This document shows, in pieces, positions 41,227 to 58,377 of a stretch of DNA of 64,000 nucleotides. The position numbers and the translations under genes are program-made. Source of the stretch: Eledone cirrhosa (lineage: Eukaryota); NCBI GenBank assembly GCA_964016885.1, contig OZ024742.1:43028001-43092000 (forward strand). The letters are read 5' to 3'. Position 1 is the first letter of the stretch. The number at the start of each line of letters is the position of its first letter. The notes under the pieces were generated by a model. The model was not told where the DNA came from. It saw only the letters and a program-made list of their open reading frames with translations, and ran no database searches.

Positions 41227-41668
41227 AGCAGAGGTACCCGGCGTTGCTCGGGTATTAAATAGCAGTTGTGTATACCATGTATGTCAATACTTCAGTGCTG
41301 CTTTGAAAACTATACTTTTACAAAATCATCAGCTTTTTCCAAAAGGGGGTTCCTTCTCCCCAGGGGTCCCCTACTCAATATGTGCCAATTCTGAGAGTTC
41401 ACATTCACCTGTAGGACAAACGTAGCCCATGTGTCAAGTTTTGTGAAAATCGGTTGCAAACTCCAGAAGTTATGACGTTTTGTTGCATTACACTGCAGTG
41501 CTTCAGTCGACTCCAAGGAAATGGTTGAAGGGGGTTGTCTGCCGGGAGGCCCTATAATCAATATCTGGAAAAATGAAAGTGCCCATGACCATCCGGAGTA
41601 CATAAGTAACCTATGTCTTAAGTTTGGTGAAAATACTGTAGAAATGCATAAGGTTTATGCATACGCGT

Positions 41669-41763
<95 letters not shown>

Positions 41764-42338
41764 TGTGTGTGTGTGTGTGGTGTATGTATTTGTGTGTGCG
41801 TATGTATGTGTATATCCGTCGGGGCATACGTATGTACTGGCCTAAATCTTCACTATTTACTTTTACTATTTTAATAACCTCTGTCATTTTAGTTTTCAAT
41901 TTTATTTACATCATTCTTAAACTCCAGGGCTGGAAATCATTCTGTTATTTTAAATAGAATATTAGTCTAACGACTCCATTTATACCATAAACTTGGTCTT
42001 GTTTTGCATGAAATTGTTCTTCTTGGTCCACATAACGACGTATTATCCTCGCTTTTTTTTCGTTCATTAACGTCTTCACGAACCAAAATATCGTCTTCCT
42101 GTTTTCGTTCGGTTGCAACGTTTCTCGAAATATTTACTTCTGTGTTCACAGATTATTAAATTTTTTAGTTTCAGAAGATCCCGTTAATGTTGAAAGCAGC
42201 GATATTTTGCTTAAATTTTAATCCGTTCTTATAACATATATATCTACCTGGAGTTGCGACCGATAGATAGTATTAGCAATTGGAAAGACCAACGGAAGCA
42301 TTGTTTCCTCGGTCCGATTTGACGAAAGTCGATCGTTC

Positions 42339-42442
<104 letters not shown>

Positions 42443-42668
42443 ATATTAACAAATGGAAACTATATATATATATATATATATATAATTATTAGGGTAAACA
42501 TGCGGTAGCTAATGGTCAACTTCCTTCGGACATGCGCCTGCGCAGACCGGTGGGGGTGAATTGGTACCTACAGGGGAGCGGATGAAAAACCCAAAAGCAC
42601 GCACTTCATCCGTTCCCATGTCGATTCAATTTGGATTGCCTCGGAAACATAACCTTATTATGTAACAA

Positions 42669-42742
42669 GCTGTCTGATGATGTCACGACACTCGCACACA
42701 GAACAGTGTGGCCAGTGTCGTCAGTGAAATATATATCACAGC
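42669..42742 (+). ncRNA. Hammerhead (duplicate of 29302-29375)
   Basis: Identical motif. Confidence 0.8.
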
Positions 42743-42812
42743 ATTATTATTAAAGGACTTGAACATCTGAAACTACTTCGCTTTTCCTTATTCTCTCTCT
42801 CTATATATATAT

Positions 42813-42886
<74 letters not shown>

Positions 42887-43178
42887 TTTGTACAGCTTTT
42901 GGAGGAAGGAGTGACCAGCAGTACGTTGTTCGGTATTATTACGAAAAGGTGTAGCAGAGAATCCCGCGTGAACTAATAGCTCGGGAGGAAACTGCTTACC
43001 TCGAAGATTCATTCGCCATCGTTGTTGTCAATGCTCCGTTTACTTGGTATTTGTTGGTCTACAGTTAGATGAATGGCGCACAAAGGGTTAATGTTTATTG
43101 GCAAGACGTTTTTTGAATAATAAAAGACGGGTTAAAGCGACCTACAATGTATCTGCGTGTATATATATATATACACAG

Positions 43179-43349
<171 letters not shown>

Positions 43350-43437
43350 TGTGTGTATGTGTATATATACATATATTTTTATGTGTATATTTATATATGT
43401 GTATATGCGTATATCTATATATGTGTATATGTGTTTG

Positions 43438-43477
<40 letters not shown>

Positions 43478-44212
43478 ATGTTGAAAAGGTAACACACTAG
43501 AGAGAGATTCAGTGCGCTATCAATAAAACAGGGAAAAACGACCGGTGTATGGAATCTATAACCTATAAAAGGCAGAGTAGACACACGATAATTAAAAATA
43601 TTAACTAAAGTGTAAATACATATCTCTATAACTATATAACACACGTACAAATCCAAAGAGATCTGTTTCGTCAGTAAGTTGTTGACAGAAATGAAATAAC
43701 CCAGGGTTCATCAGCTGTGTAAGGCTATACATTTCAGACAACACTAAGAGGATTTAAAGCGGCCGTCCAGCTACACGTGGGAGAGAGAAGTCACAGCGTG
43801 TTTAAGGGCAGTGAACCAGTGGCCTCTGAGGGACGAGCTGCTAGAAAGGGCAGCCCAAAACCACTCAGAGGGGTGTGCTCAACCAAACAGAGAGAGAAGA
43901 AAGACTGTTATAAGGGGCGAAATATCACGATAAATTAACGGAGCCATAGACTCTCGCTATTCCCTGTCAATAATGTGCTCAAAGGAGAAGAAATCCTGAG
44001 CTCTTTAAAATACAATATGTTGAAAAGGTAACACACTAGAGAGACATAGAGTGCGGTGGTTTTTCCCTGTTTTATTGATAGCGCACTGTATCTCTCTCTA
44101 GTGTGTTACCTTTTCAACATATTGTATTTTAAAGAGCTCAGGATTTTTTCTCCTTTGAGCACATTATTGACAGGGAATAGCGAGAGTCTATGGCTCCGTT
44201 AATTTATCGTTG

Positions 44213-44273
<61 letters not shown>

Positions 44274-44607
44274 GTATATACATATGTGTATGTATATGTA
44301 TATATGTGTATATATAAGTATATATGTATAAATATGTATGTGCGCGCGCGCGCGCGCGTGTGTGTGAATGTACCGAAGATAATACGTCAGCAATGACGTT
44401 TTGCAGACAGCCAGGCATACAGACAGTGCGCGACGGAGATGGATAACCGGCGCCTAACACCCTTTAACAACAGAAAATTGAAAAAAAGAAGTGGCAGTTA
44501 ATATCTTTAGACCGCCAGGAATATATAAATGCTAGTTTGAAGTCAATCGGAGTAGAAATGTGGATTTGTATAGACTTTGCAAAAATGAGGACACACAGAC
44601 AACATCA

Positions 44608-48005
<3,398 letters not shown>

Positions 48006-48010
48006 CATTT

Positions 48011-48047
<37 letters not shown>

Positions 48048-48221
48048 GCGGATCCTCACCTCGTAATGGAGATGGTTATACGTCCATTACGAGCTGAGGA
48101 TCCGCTAAGGTGAAACAATTGTTCTTGGTATGGTGAAATAACTGTTGTGTAACCACTTCTACCTAACTCGTCCCATGGACTGAGTGCTCTACCACTACGG
48201 ATATTACCTTCCAGTGTTCTA

Positions 48222-48277
<56 letters not shown>

Positions 48278-48335
48278 AATATGATAATAATGGAGCTGCG
48301 GCGCTGCAAATGGGTTACATATGAAAAAGTTTGTC

Positions 48336-48401
48336 CTCATCAGTGGCCTTCCAACCGTCGTAGGCATTTCGTCGCATTAAAGGCCATATACCTCAGGTTG
48401 G
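48336..48401 (-). ncRNA. Permuted hammerhead candidate (duplicate; another at 48959-49017)
   Basis: Identical to 35019-35084. Confidence 0.65.
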
Positions 48402-49014
48402 TGCGAGCAGCGGCTAAAAAAAGTCGTTGGGACACGTAAATAAGGGGGACGCTAGGGTAAACAAACAAAATGGTTTAAGCAACAGAAAGTGATGAAGAAG
48501 AAACAAGTCCCAGATTTCTATGAATATAAATTCGGTGGAATCGTGAACGAGAGAATAAAGACCATCAAACCTGGTTGAAATGTGAGCAAGGAAGGAATTT
48601 CGCACAGGTCTAACGGGAGGAAGAAGGGGTCTGGTCTGCGAATTCGGTAAACATAAGTTCTGTGAAGTCGCAGACGAAAGAGAGAGAGAGAAAAAAATTC
48701 ATACCGGCTTGGCCAAGTACGCGCGAGAAAAGGATTACGGACATGTCAAACGGGAAGAAAGGGGAGGGGGAGAGGTAATGACAGAGAGTGAGTGAGTGAA
48801 AGGTGAGGAAGAGGCTAACAGAGAGAGAGAGACTGCTAGAAAGGGTAAAGACACAAAGAACGAAACAGACTGGTGGCAGCGGAGGAAAAAATATATGTGT
48901 AAATATGATAATAATGGAGCTGCGGCGCTGCAATGGGTTACATATGAAAAAGTTTGTCCTCATCAGTGGCCTTCCAACCGTCGTAGGCATTTCGTCGCAT
49001 TACAGGCCATATAC

Positions 49015-49067
<53 letters not shown>

Positions 49068-49323
49068 ATCAATATTTATCTACCGTTATAATTGTGTATA
49101 CTATTATTACTGTTATAGTTGTTGTTCTCCCTACTGTTAACGTTGTTATTTATTATTTCTGTTATGGTTGTTATGTCTATTCTTATCGTTATTGTTACTG
49201 CTATTTCTATTATTATTATTTCTATATCTCCTGCTGTCCCTGTTGTTATTGTTATGACTATTATCATTGTAGCCGTTATTTCTGTAGTTATTGTTTATGT
49301 TACCACTTTCGTTGTTATTATAT

Positions 49324-49734
49324 TTGGATTGGCAGTATCGGTAGAGGGTCGGACGCCATGCTTTGCAGCATAGAGTTACGCCCTTTTATGAACTGAGTTC
49401 AAATCACGCCGAGGTTAACTTTGACTTTCATCCTTACAGGGTCGATAAAATAAAGTACCAGTAATACACTGAGATAATTGCTGGCCTTGTGCTAAATGTA
49501 GAAACAATTATTATTACCGTTCGTATTGTTATTATTTATTATTATTTATTATTATTTAAGGGCGGTGGATTGGCAGTATCGGTAGAGGGTCGGACGCCTT
49601 GCTTTCCAGCATAGTTACGTCCCTTTACGATCTGAGTTCAAATCCCGCCGAGGTTGACTTTGCCTTTCATCCTTACGGGGTCGATAAAATAAAGTACCAG
49701 TAATACCTTGTGCCTAAAGTAGAAACAATTATTT
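49324..49734 (+). mobile_element. Two SINEs (duplicate)
   Basis: Copy of 36007-36417. Confidence 0.85.
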
Positions 49735-49955
49735 ATGGTAGTTGTAGAATATGTTGTTCTTGTTCGTTGATTATAGTGTTACCATAGATGTTTAGTGTAT
49801 GGTCTTTGGTAAACTCTGTAGGTAATATTACATCTGCCATATGAATATGATCAATTTTATCGGGATATTTTGTAAGTTTTCTTGTATCTTTTCCTGTAAG
49901 TCTTCTTGTTCTCTTTTCCAGAGAACTCTTAGAAGAGAACTTCATAGCCCTCGTC

Positions 49956-50517
49956 ATGTACTCTCGTTACGTAGACGATATCAATATAATAATAAGAACA
50001 CCCACACAAGAGATTACCAATAAACCTGAACTAGAAAATAACACAATGGAGAGCATCCAGCAGCTAGCTAACTCTATGCACCAGAGCATAACAGTAACTT
50101 TTGACTACCCTTCCAAACACCCTATCAATAGACTGCCAGTATTAGACACTGAACTCTGGTTAAACACTTTAAACGATCGGGCCAAAATTCTCCACTCACA
50201 TTATGCTAAACCCATGGCCTCCAAATATCTTATACTAAAAAACTCAGCAATGTCTAATAGTGCTAAGTTTAATATTCTAATCGCAGACTTGGTAAGAGTG
50301 ATGAAGATGTGTCCCGCATGTGCGACCCAACTGAAATGGAAAGACACATCCAATACTTCATCAATCGCATGCAGTTTTCTGGTTACAACCAAAGAGACAG
50401 AATCAGAGTGTACAAAGGAGCCATGGAAAAATATAAGACCCTCATAGAAATGGACATGAAAGGAATTTGCCCATTGTACAGGAGCAAATCATGGAATAGC
50501 ATAGATAGGACTAAACA
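49956..50517 (+). pseudogene. PLE RT fragment (duplicate)
   Basis: Copy of 36639-37200 with a few substitutions. Confidence 0.85.
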
Positions 50518-50519
50518 TA

Positions 50520-50901
50520 TGTTTTACCTGGCGAAGATTCGAAACCGAATCTGAGGGTCTCGCCTCTAGGGCCACCTATTGTTGGGAGTTCCCACCATTG
50601 TTCTGTCAAAAGACAACTATGATAAACGTATATACCACTTGACCTGTGACTCCAGCTTCTTGACAGATAGAACACACATGGCTACTCATAAATCAACCCA
50701 TATACACTTTCTTCTAGATATAGGGTTATTATAAATACAAGTACTTAAGGAGTCATCCAGCAGACAGAGAAACCGAAGCAGCAGTCCGTGAGAGATTACG
50801 ATGTAGCATATTCACGTTCTACAGACCTTTTACCCTGTCTCTCTCCTGGCCTTACAGGCTCTCACATTTCATACCCGCTCGGCAGATTGACCAACTACAG
50901 G

Positions 50902-50957
<56 letters not shown>

Positions 50958-51363
50958 GGTTTACTTATATTTTTTCCCTACGCTTTCGGTTTCCTGTTAT
51001 TTCACTTCTTTTGTATCGTTTTATTGATACATGCATACACGCTAGCTCGAAGTGGCTAGTCAGCAAATAATGTAGTGATAATTGCTGTCACGATTTTGGT
51101 TACTCGATGTTCAATGTACCAATAACTGAATTTTGTTATTGTAAAATAAACACTGTCGACATCACAATTCTTGCATCATTCTTTTTTATCATTCGTCCTG
51201 CAAAGAATACAACTATCCACTACATAATGGTGACCCCCATCACTACATAATGGTGACCCCAACGTGATCGACACAAGCACCACATAATGGTGCGTCCGAC
51301 GTGATCGACACAAGCACCACATAAGGGTGCGTCCGACGTGATCAACACAAACAAAACATAATG
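50520..51363 (+). mobile_element. LTR plus tandem PBS array (duplicate)
   Basis: LTR ends at 51224; PBS repeats at 51228-51363. Confidence 0.65.
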
Positions 51364-51488
51364 CTCACTTCGCGCTAAGGGTAAACTTCACTTCAACTGT
51401 CGATGCTCATGAATCACATTCTTCAAGTTATTTACCAAACTTCGATTCTACAGAAGATTTACTGCGACTTCGCTTCAATGCTTCAATT

Positions 51489-52616
51489 TATAACGGAATA
51501 CTCCTATATTTTACCGGCGGAGATTCGAAACCGAATCTGAGCTTTCCTGCCCCTGGGACAATCTATCGTTGGAAGTTCTCGCCTTTGTCCTGTCAACGAT
51601 GATAAATGTACATTCCATTTGACCTGTGACCTCATCCCCTTGGTAGATGCTAACCACAGGTCAGACCATAGATTAACCTCATATATCCATCCTTCTTACT
51701 TTAGCACTTATTATAAATACAAGGAATTAGGGAACCAAAAAAAGGAGAATTGAAGCAGCAGTCAAGAAGATAACTATGTAGCATCAGTAGACCTTTCACC
51801 CTATCTTTCTCCTGACCTTTACTGGCTTACCTTCTCAGCCAGACAGCCAGCCATGCCTGCCTGACAGATTGACCATTACTACTATGAGAACAAGATAAAC
51901 TAAGAATAGGCACATACACACGCATAGTAAGTTCATATTGTTATATTATACTCTCATCCTATTCTTCCTGCCATATTTTATCTTCAAAACACAACACAAC
52001 TTATATACTATATCGTCTTCTCTGATACATGCATTTACGTAGCTTGTAGCAGCTACCAATTTACTGTACTGGAAGAGAATCTTACGTGTGATGATACATC
52101 GAGAGAAATAGTCCTCTCTTATCATATCGTAATCCCATACCGTAACCCCAATGTTCATACACAACACCACGAAATACATATATTTACAGTTTCTTCTAAA
52201 TGTTACACACACACATGCATACACAGTTATACTATTTTTTTTTTCTCTCTCCAAATTTCTCTACACTCGAAGTGCGGGCGCAGTACCCACATTTTGTGTG
52301 TTTTGGGACACGCTTCTAGGAATCAGATTTCGCTACCCCTTTTATATTCGATCGCTGCTCCTGCATCGATTTGGGTAGGGAACTAATGTAGCGAAATCTT
52401 TTCACGCCTTGAACCTTGGGTCACACCTAAAGGTCAAATTCTAGGTCACCACCCTTTTGGTGTGAACAGGTTCATGCGTGGGCTATTCATGTCATAAATG
52501 TTATTACTCAGTGTTCAAGTCGAATATTGTTATTATAAAATAAACATTGTTAACAACTCGATCCTGGCATTATTTCATCCAAACACTCATCAAATCAACA
52601 CAACCTATCCGTTACA
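51489..52616 (+). mobile_element. Diverged related LTR with a nested fragment of another LTR (52387-52485)
   Basis: Termini TATAACGGA/TCCGTTACA; homologous to 50520-51224 near both ends (GATTCGAAACCGAATCTGAG; AAATAAACA). Confidence 0.55.
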
Positions 52617-53579
52617 ACTTGTGACGCCGTTACAAAATCCTTACCAAACCCTTCACTGCGAAAATGCTACACACCCGAGAAATCGCTTCGTCATCTTCTT
52701 CGACAGCAGCAGCAGCAGCGAAAACAGACAACACTACTAGCTTCCTAGCAAGAAACGATAACATTCTTATACCAAAGATATTTGTTTTAAATAACTCAGA
52801 CACACAAGAAAAGAAAAACTGTACTTTTTGTTAAGAACAATTATTTCTTCTTTTTTACCGGTTGTATATGAACGTTCATTTTTTTTTTACTGTATTATAT
52901 GCCTGCATGCACACACACATTTCTTTGTTACACACCAACATGTTGTTGTCTATAGTGTATGTTCTTGATTCGTGTGGGGATTCTGCGAGATCACTTTTCA
53001 CCTGGTTGAGGTACGGAATTAAGCTATCGACACATGAAACTCACCCACACTGGAACTCAACTCGCCTGGACTCACTCAGACACGCAACTCGAGATTGCAC
53101 ACACTCACCTGGACTCACCCAGGCACGCAACTCGAAATTGCACTCATTCATGTCATAGCATAAACCTCAATCCAGTCACGGCTTCCCCGACTCACTGGGA
53201 AAGCATTCATGGAACAGGATCTGCCACCAGTCCCCACCGTTTCTCCAACGGACTCGCCAATAGCTTCCCCCACCTACTGGGAAAGTATCACACAAATTAC
53301 ACATCGAGAGCAGCCCCGCACATCAAGCCATACCTATCTTAACTTCACACACACCTAGATCGTTCGATCTTTAGCTTTCTCAAAAATATATACATTATAA
53401 TTAGTAAAAACAAATACACATATTTTTCCGCAAAAGTTTGATTGCACTGTTTTCTTTTCACTGTGTATTTTTTTAAAATGTTATTTATTCATTATAAAAA
53501 TTAAATGATAGCATTCTATATGTGAGTGGGTCCCTTTTATTTCCTGGCAACCAATATTTTTAGACCCAGTCCATTACTG

Positions 53580-53611
<32 letters not shown>

Positions 53612-53675
53612 CATATGTATGTATGTATGTATTTTTGTATACACACACACGCACACGCACACACACACACACATA

Positions 53676-53956
53676 CAGTAGCATGCAGAGGGAGGGCACC
53701 GACGGTGCATTGGCCCTGGGCATCCTTTGGATGGGGGCATTGTTTCGGGAAAAGAACTTAATAAATTTGATTGATTTATATTAAAATCGAATAAGGCGTT
53801 TATTTCATATTTCATCTGTGTTTATATATTCAAAATGTTTTCCTTTCTCATATTTCTCAGTATATTAGGCCTTATACGCGTATGTCTTAGGCGTATGTCT
53901 TTGGGGCATACAATCAAGATTTGCCCCGGGCATCACCAGAGCTCGGCACGCCGCTG
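53676..53956. mobile_element. hAT-type MITE
   Basis: Imperfect TIRs CAGTAGCATGC/GCACGCCGCTG; 8-bp TSD CACACATA. Confidence 0.7.
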
Positions 53957-54318
53957 CACACATATAACAAATTTAATATAGAAATGGCTTCTACATGGCT
54001 AGAACTGTTTGATTCTGTAGCGGATAAATGTATGTATAGTATATTTGGCAATATACTGTATGACTAATTAAACACATCTAGAAGACCATTCGCTATGAGT
54101 TTTAAAGTAGTGACTATGTCACTTACTTATTATCGGCAAAAACAACAGAGAGCGACCGAAAGACAGTCTGTTTCTCGCTTGGTATTAGTATTGGTGCTCT
54201 GTATGTACAGTATATTGCCAAATATACTATACATACATTCATGTATACATCGCTATTTCAGAGCACCAATACTAATACCTGCTTTTTATATATTTGACAT
54301 AACCAAGACCTTCAATCG

Positions 54319-55779
54319 GTGGTTCCTGCCCTGGCGGGAATCGGCCTCCAGGTCAATTCGGCCAAGTCGGAGATGGTGAACGCCAGCCTCGATGCTGCTA
54401 GCTTTGCAGCCTCCGTCTTGGACGTGCGGTCCATTCTCCGCCAGGTTCAGGTGACCCCCAAAGAGGATGTCCTCATAATCGGGTCACCGATCCACCCGCC
54501 GGCCATCCGCTCCACCATCCGGTCCAGGCTTCAACAACTCCAGACTCTCACGAGCCGACTGGGCTTGATTGACGACCACCCAGCTCTCTTTCTGCTGAGG
54601 AACTGTATCGCCATGCCGAAGCTCCTCTATACACTCTGCAGCGCTCCATGCTACACCCAGACATCTCTCCTCGCTGACCTCGATACTTGTATCCGAGCAG
54701 CAGCCGAGGACATATGCAACGTCAAGTTTGACGACATAGGGTGGCATCAGGCCGCTTTACCTGTCAGATATGGCGGCCTTGGCCTCCGGTCCCCGATCTC
54801 ACTAGCTTTGCCGGCGTATCTTTCGTCGGTAATATCATGCCGCGTCCTCGTCAGCAGGGTTCTTCAAAACACAACAGAACCCTCTGTGTTCAGAGAACGT
54901 GAGGCCACCTGTGAGACGTGGGACCGGCTGGGACTTAGCCCAGTAGACGTCCCTCCTCCTTCTCCCCCTGTTGACGTCAAGTCCCCCCAACGCACTTGGG
55001 ATGCCATCCAGTGCAGCCTGGCCTCAGACAGGCTCACGCGCCAGCTCGACCAGCACCGCCTTGCTTGTTTTCGTGCGGCCTCCAAACCCCACAGTGGTGC
55101 CTGGCTCCATACCCTGCCCTCCTCCACTGGCACGCAGCTAGACAACCATAGCCTGCGAATCGGTGTTTCCCTGAGGCTCGGCCTTCGGATCTGCCAGCCA
55201 CACCAATGTCGCTGTGGTTCCACTGTGGACTGTTTCGGCCTTCACCTGCTTTCCTGTCACCACAGTGCCGGCCGCATTCCACGCAATGCTGTCCTCAACG
55301 AGATCATTAAGCATGGCTTGGACGCTGCAGGCTTCCCTTCCCAGCTCGAGCCGGTGGGGCTGGATCGAGGGGACGGCAAAAGACCAGATGGCATGACTAG
55401 CTTCCCGTTCCGCGGTGGCAAACCCCCCGTCTGGGATACCACTTGTACCGACACTTTCTGCAGCCGCAACCTGGTGCAGTCAGCGACTGACCCAGGTTCT
55501 GCTGCACGTCGGGCTGAGGGAGCCAAACTCCTCAAATACCGGTCGCTCTCCGACAGGTTTGCGGTCGTACCCCTGGCAGTGGAGACTTCTGGTGTCCTCG
55601 GCCCCAGGGCTACCTCCTTACTCACCACCATAGGCGCTGAGCTGGCCAGCCGCAGGTATGAGCCCCGCGAGTTGGAGTGGCGTTTTCAGCGCGTCTCCCT
55701 TGCCGTCCTCCGGGGAAACGCCTTCTCCATTCTGTCCGCCGGGGCTGTGGGTGGGCCCCATCGCGTACCAATACATTAG
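54319..55779 (+). CDS. CRE-clade non-LTR retrotransposon ORF, 5'-truncated (RT thumb, zinc knuckle, RLE)
   Basis: GLQVNSAKSE, LPVRYGGLGL, CRCG..D..GLHLLSC, RPDG..WD.TC.DT, AE..K..KY, PLAVETSG.LG, QRVSLAVLRGNA; GC-rich. Confidence 0.88.
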   Translation: MVPALAGIGLQVNSAKSEMVNASLDAASFAASVLDVRSILRQVQVTPKEDVLIIGSPIHPPAIRSTIRSRLQQLQTLTSRLGLIDDHPALFLLRNCIAMPKLLYTLCSAPCYTQTSLLADLDTCIRAAAEDICNVKFDDIGWHQAALPVRYGGLGLRSPISLALPAYLSSVISCRVLVSRVLQNTTEPSVFREREATCETWDRLGLSPVDVPPPSPPVDVKSPQRTWDAIQCSLASDRLTRQLDQHRLACFRAASKPHSGAWLHTLPSSTGTQLDNHSLRIGVSLRLGLRICQPHQCRCGSTVDCFGLHLLSCHHSAGRIPRNAVLNEIIKHGLDAAGFPSQLEPVGLDRGDGKRPDGMTSFPFRGGKPPVWDTTCTDTFCSRNLVQSATDPGSAARRAEGAKLLKYRSLSDRFAVVPLAVETSGVLGPRATSLLTTIGAELASRRYEPRELEWRFQRVSLAVLRGNAFSILSAGAVGGPHRVPIH

Positions 55780-56246
55780 TTAAATACCATTCTTTCATCT
55801 AAATAGACATAAATAACTATAGACAATTTTTAAGGTTCATTTATTTTAAGTAAATAAAGAGATTTCATTAAGTGAGAAGAAGAAAGTGGAGGAGGAGAAA
55901 ATAATATTACTTCTCGTTGGAGTATTTAGAGGTTAGGTTAGGTTGCGGTCTGAAAGTTTTCGTCAACTGCTGATATATTTCAGTGGGAATGACAAGTCAG
56001 AGAAAAATTACATACTATATTAAACAAGCCTGCGTGACGTTATACAACATATCCAACATATATATACCACTTTTCTTATGGACAATGGGATAGTCAATAT
56101 GGACAATGGAGTCAATAAATATAAAGCTGTGGATAAGTTAAACATATATATAAAGATGGGAATAAGTTAAACAAACATTCACCTACAGGATATCGCTGAA
56201 AGCATTCAGAATGATACAAGTAGCTGTGGTAAGCAATCTCACATCG

Positions 56247-56615
56247 TGGATTGGCAGTCTCGGTAGAGGGTCGGACGCCATGCTTTGATGTATAGAGTTA
56301 CGGCCCTTGCCATTCTGAGTTCAAATCCCGCCAAGGTTAACTTTGCCTTTCATCCTTACGGGGTCGATAAAATAAAGTACCAGTAATGCACTGGGTAATT
56401 GCTGGCCTTATGCCTAACGTAGAAACAATTATTTGGCAGTATCTGTAGAGAGTCGGACACCATACTTTGAAGCATAGAGTTACGTGCCTTTACGGTCTGA
56501 GTTCAAATCCCGCCGAGGTTAACTTTGCCTTTCATCCTTACGGGGTCGATAAAATGAAGTACCAGTAATGCACTGGGATAATTGCTGGCCTTGTGCCAAA
56601 AGAAGAAACAATTAT
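56247..56615 (+). mobile_element. Head-to-tail SINE pair
   Basis: 56247-56432 and 56434-56615, same SINE family. Confidence 0.85.
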
Positions 56616-56673
56616 TTTCTCATGTAGTGGTGTAGTCGTAGTTAAATTCATATATATATATAATTTGTTTTCT

Positions 56674-56704
<31 letters not shown>

Positions 56705-56705
<1 letters not shown>

Positions 56706-56846
56706 GAAGTAGTAACATAGCAGTTAGTTCACCCTACCGAGAACAATTGTTCTTGGTAGAGTGAACTAACTGTTGTAGGGTGAACAAACTCGTCCCAAGG
56801 ACTGGGTGCTCTACCACTACGGATATTACCTTTCAGTGTTCTACCT
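56705..56846 (+). repeat. pLTR fragment of the 34759 family, folded back at the HHR stem III
   Basis: Inverted arms centred on AACAATTGTT (56742-56751). Confidence 0.6.
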
Positions 56847-57156
56847 TATATATATATAATTCTTCGTGGAAACCACTGCATATTCCCGGATCCGTAAATA
56901 TTTTCCACGACTTTTTTATGGCTTTTTTCGTGGCAATATATATATATTTTTTTAACACTAAATTATGAATAACAATATACCGTATTTGCTGGCCTTTTGG
57001 GTGACCCATAAGGCGCTTCCTTTTTTCATAAATTATATTTTACGTTATATTTTGACGTTTATAGGCATTTTTATGGATCACGTCCAATATTCACTGTTTT
57101 TCATTCTTCGCGGGTGCTCTAGGAATGTAACCCCTGCGAATACCGAGAGACAACTG

Positions 57157-57189
<33 letters not shown>

Positions 57190-57534
57190 TGAGAAATTAT
57201 TAACGAAGATCGTTGATTTTGAAATATCATGAAATACAAGTGTAAACTGTTGTTTTGTTTTTCTTACTTTCCCTCTTTTTACTCCTATATTTTTAGTTTG
57301 GGCTTTGTATTGGCTTTCCTAAAACAATTGCAAACAAATATTTCTTTTTTTTAAATATCTCAAAAAAACAGGTTTAGTTTCAGGCAGGCTAATATCAAAC
57401 GGTTTTTCATGTTAAAACAATTAGGGACATTCATAATTATTACATAAACGTTTTTCAATGATAAAATTATTCACAAAAAATTGTATCAGATATTTTAATG
57501 ATTGGAGATTTTTTTTAATTGGGCTCCTCACCAG

Positions 57535-57616
57535 GTAACAGGAAGCAACAAAGGGATTGGTTATGCCATTGTCAGAGCTTTGTGTAAAAAGTTCAAAGGA
57601 GATGTGATAGCAACAG
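57535..57616 (+). CDS. Internal coding exon of a carbonyl reductase [NADPH]-like SDR (CBR1/CBR3-like)
   Basis: CAG acceptor and GTATGT donor; VTGSNKGIGYAIVRALCKKFKGDVIAT contains the TGxxxGIG Rossmann motif; other exons not identified. Confidence 0.85.
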
Positions 57617-57679
57617 GTATGTTAAATGTTCTTTGTATTTAGAAATATTTTTTGTATTTATTGTATCTGAGTTCCTCTC

Positions 57680-57898
57680 TTAACCCTTTAACATTTACAT
57701 TACTCTATATTTACTATTATATTTTCATGGTAAAGGCTTTACCCCACATAATTATTTCACATAATATTAAATCTGTGAGATTTTGATAATTATTATTTTG
57801 AGAACAATACCTTAACATCAGTATGAGTGGTCTGTTACGAGAGAAAGAAGTGAGACAATTCTAGCCAGATATAACCGGTTTAAATGTTAAAGAGTTAA
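57680..57898. mobile_element. piggyBac-type MITE
   Basis: TTAA CCCTTTAACATTTA ... TAAATGTTAAAGAG TTAA. Confidence 0.75.
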
Positions 57899-58069
57899 AT
57901 AAAGATCAATATGTATGGTTATGTTTCTCCAAGAGAAGTTTTAATATTTATTGTTACAGTTATTCAAGACATTCTTGAGGGCAGGTGGAAAAGAACTTTA
58001 AAAGATCTGTATTTTCTTTGATTCGGGGAAATTGTCCTATGTCAGTTCCAAAGATCAGTGTCCCGTATG

Positions 58070-58331
58070 TTTGATTAATGGAACAACCTCTTCATAAAAT
58101 CAATGTTCAGGTGGCTGAGCATTCCATAGATATGTATATCCTTAATGGAATTGTCAGGGAGATTCAGTGTTATATGTCTGGCCCTTTGAATTACAGGTAC
58201 ATGTAATTTTATCCAGTTGAGTGGACTAAAAGCTATGTGAAATAAAGTGTGATCCTCAAGGACATAATGAGCTACCAATCAAGCTAAGGCGGTCATGAGT
58301 TGACAACTTAACTACTAAGCCACATGCCTCA
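58070..58331 (-). mobile_element. Diverged tRNA-derived (CORE-like) SINE
   Basis: GTGGCTTAGTAGTTAAG head; TGTCCTTGAG..ACACTTTATTTCAC..AGTCCACTCA. Confidence 0.5.
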
Positions 58332-58377
58332 CATATCTTGATTAACAACAGTTTACTGTGAAAACTGGAATTTAGAT

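Noticed and set aside
54070-54175. CTAGAAGA...GAAAGACAGTC TGTTT hammerhead-like remnant
   Set aside because: Core has an insertion and stem III is mismatched
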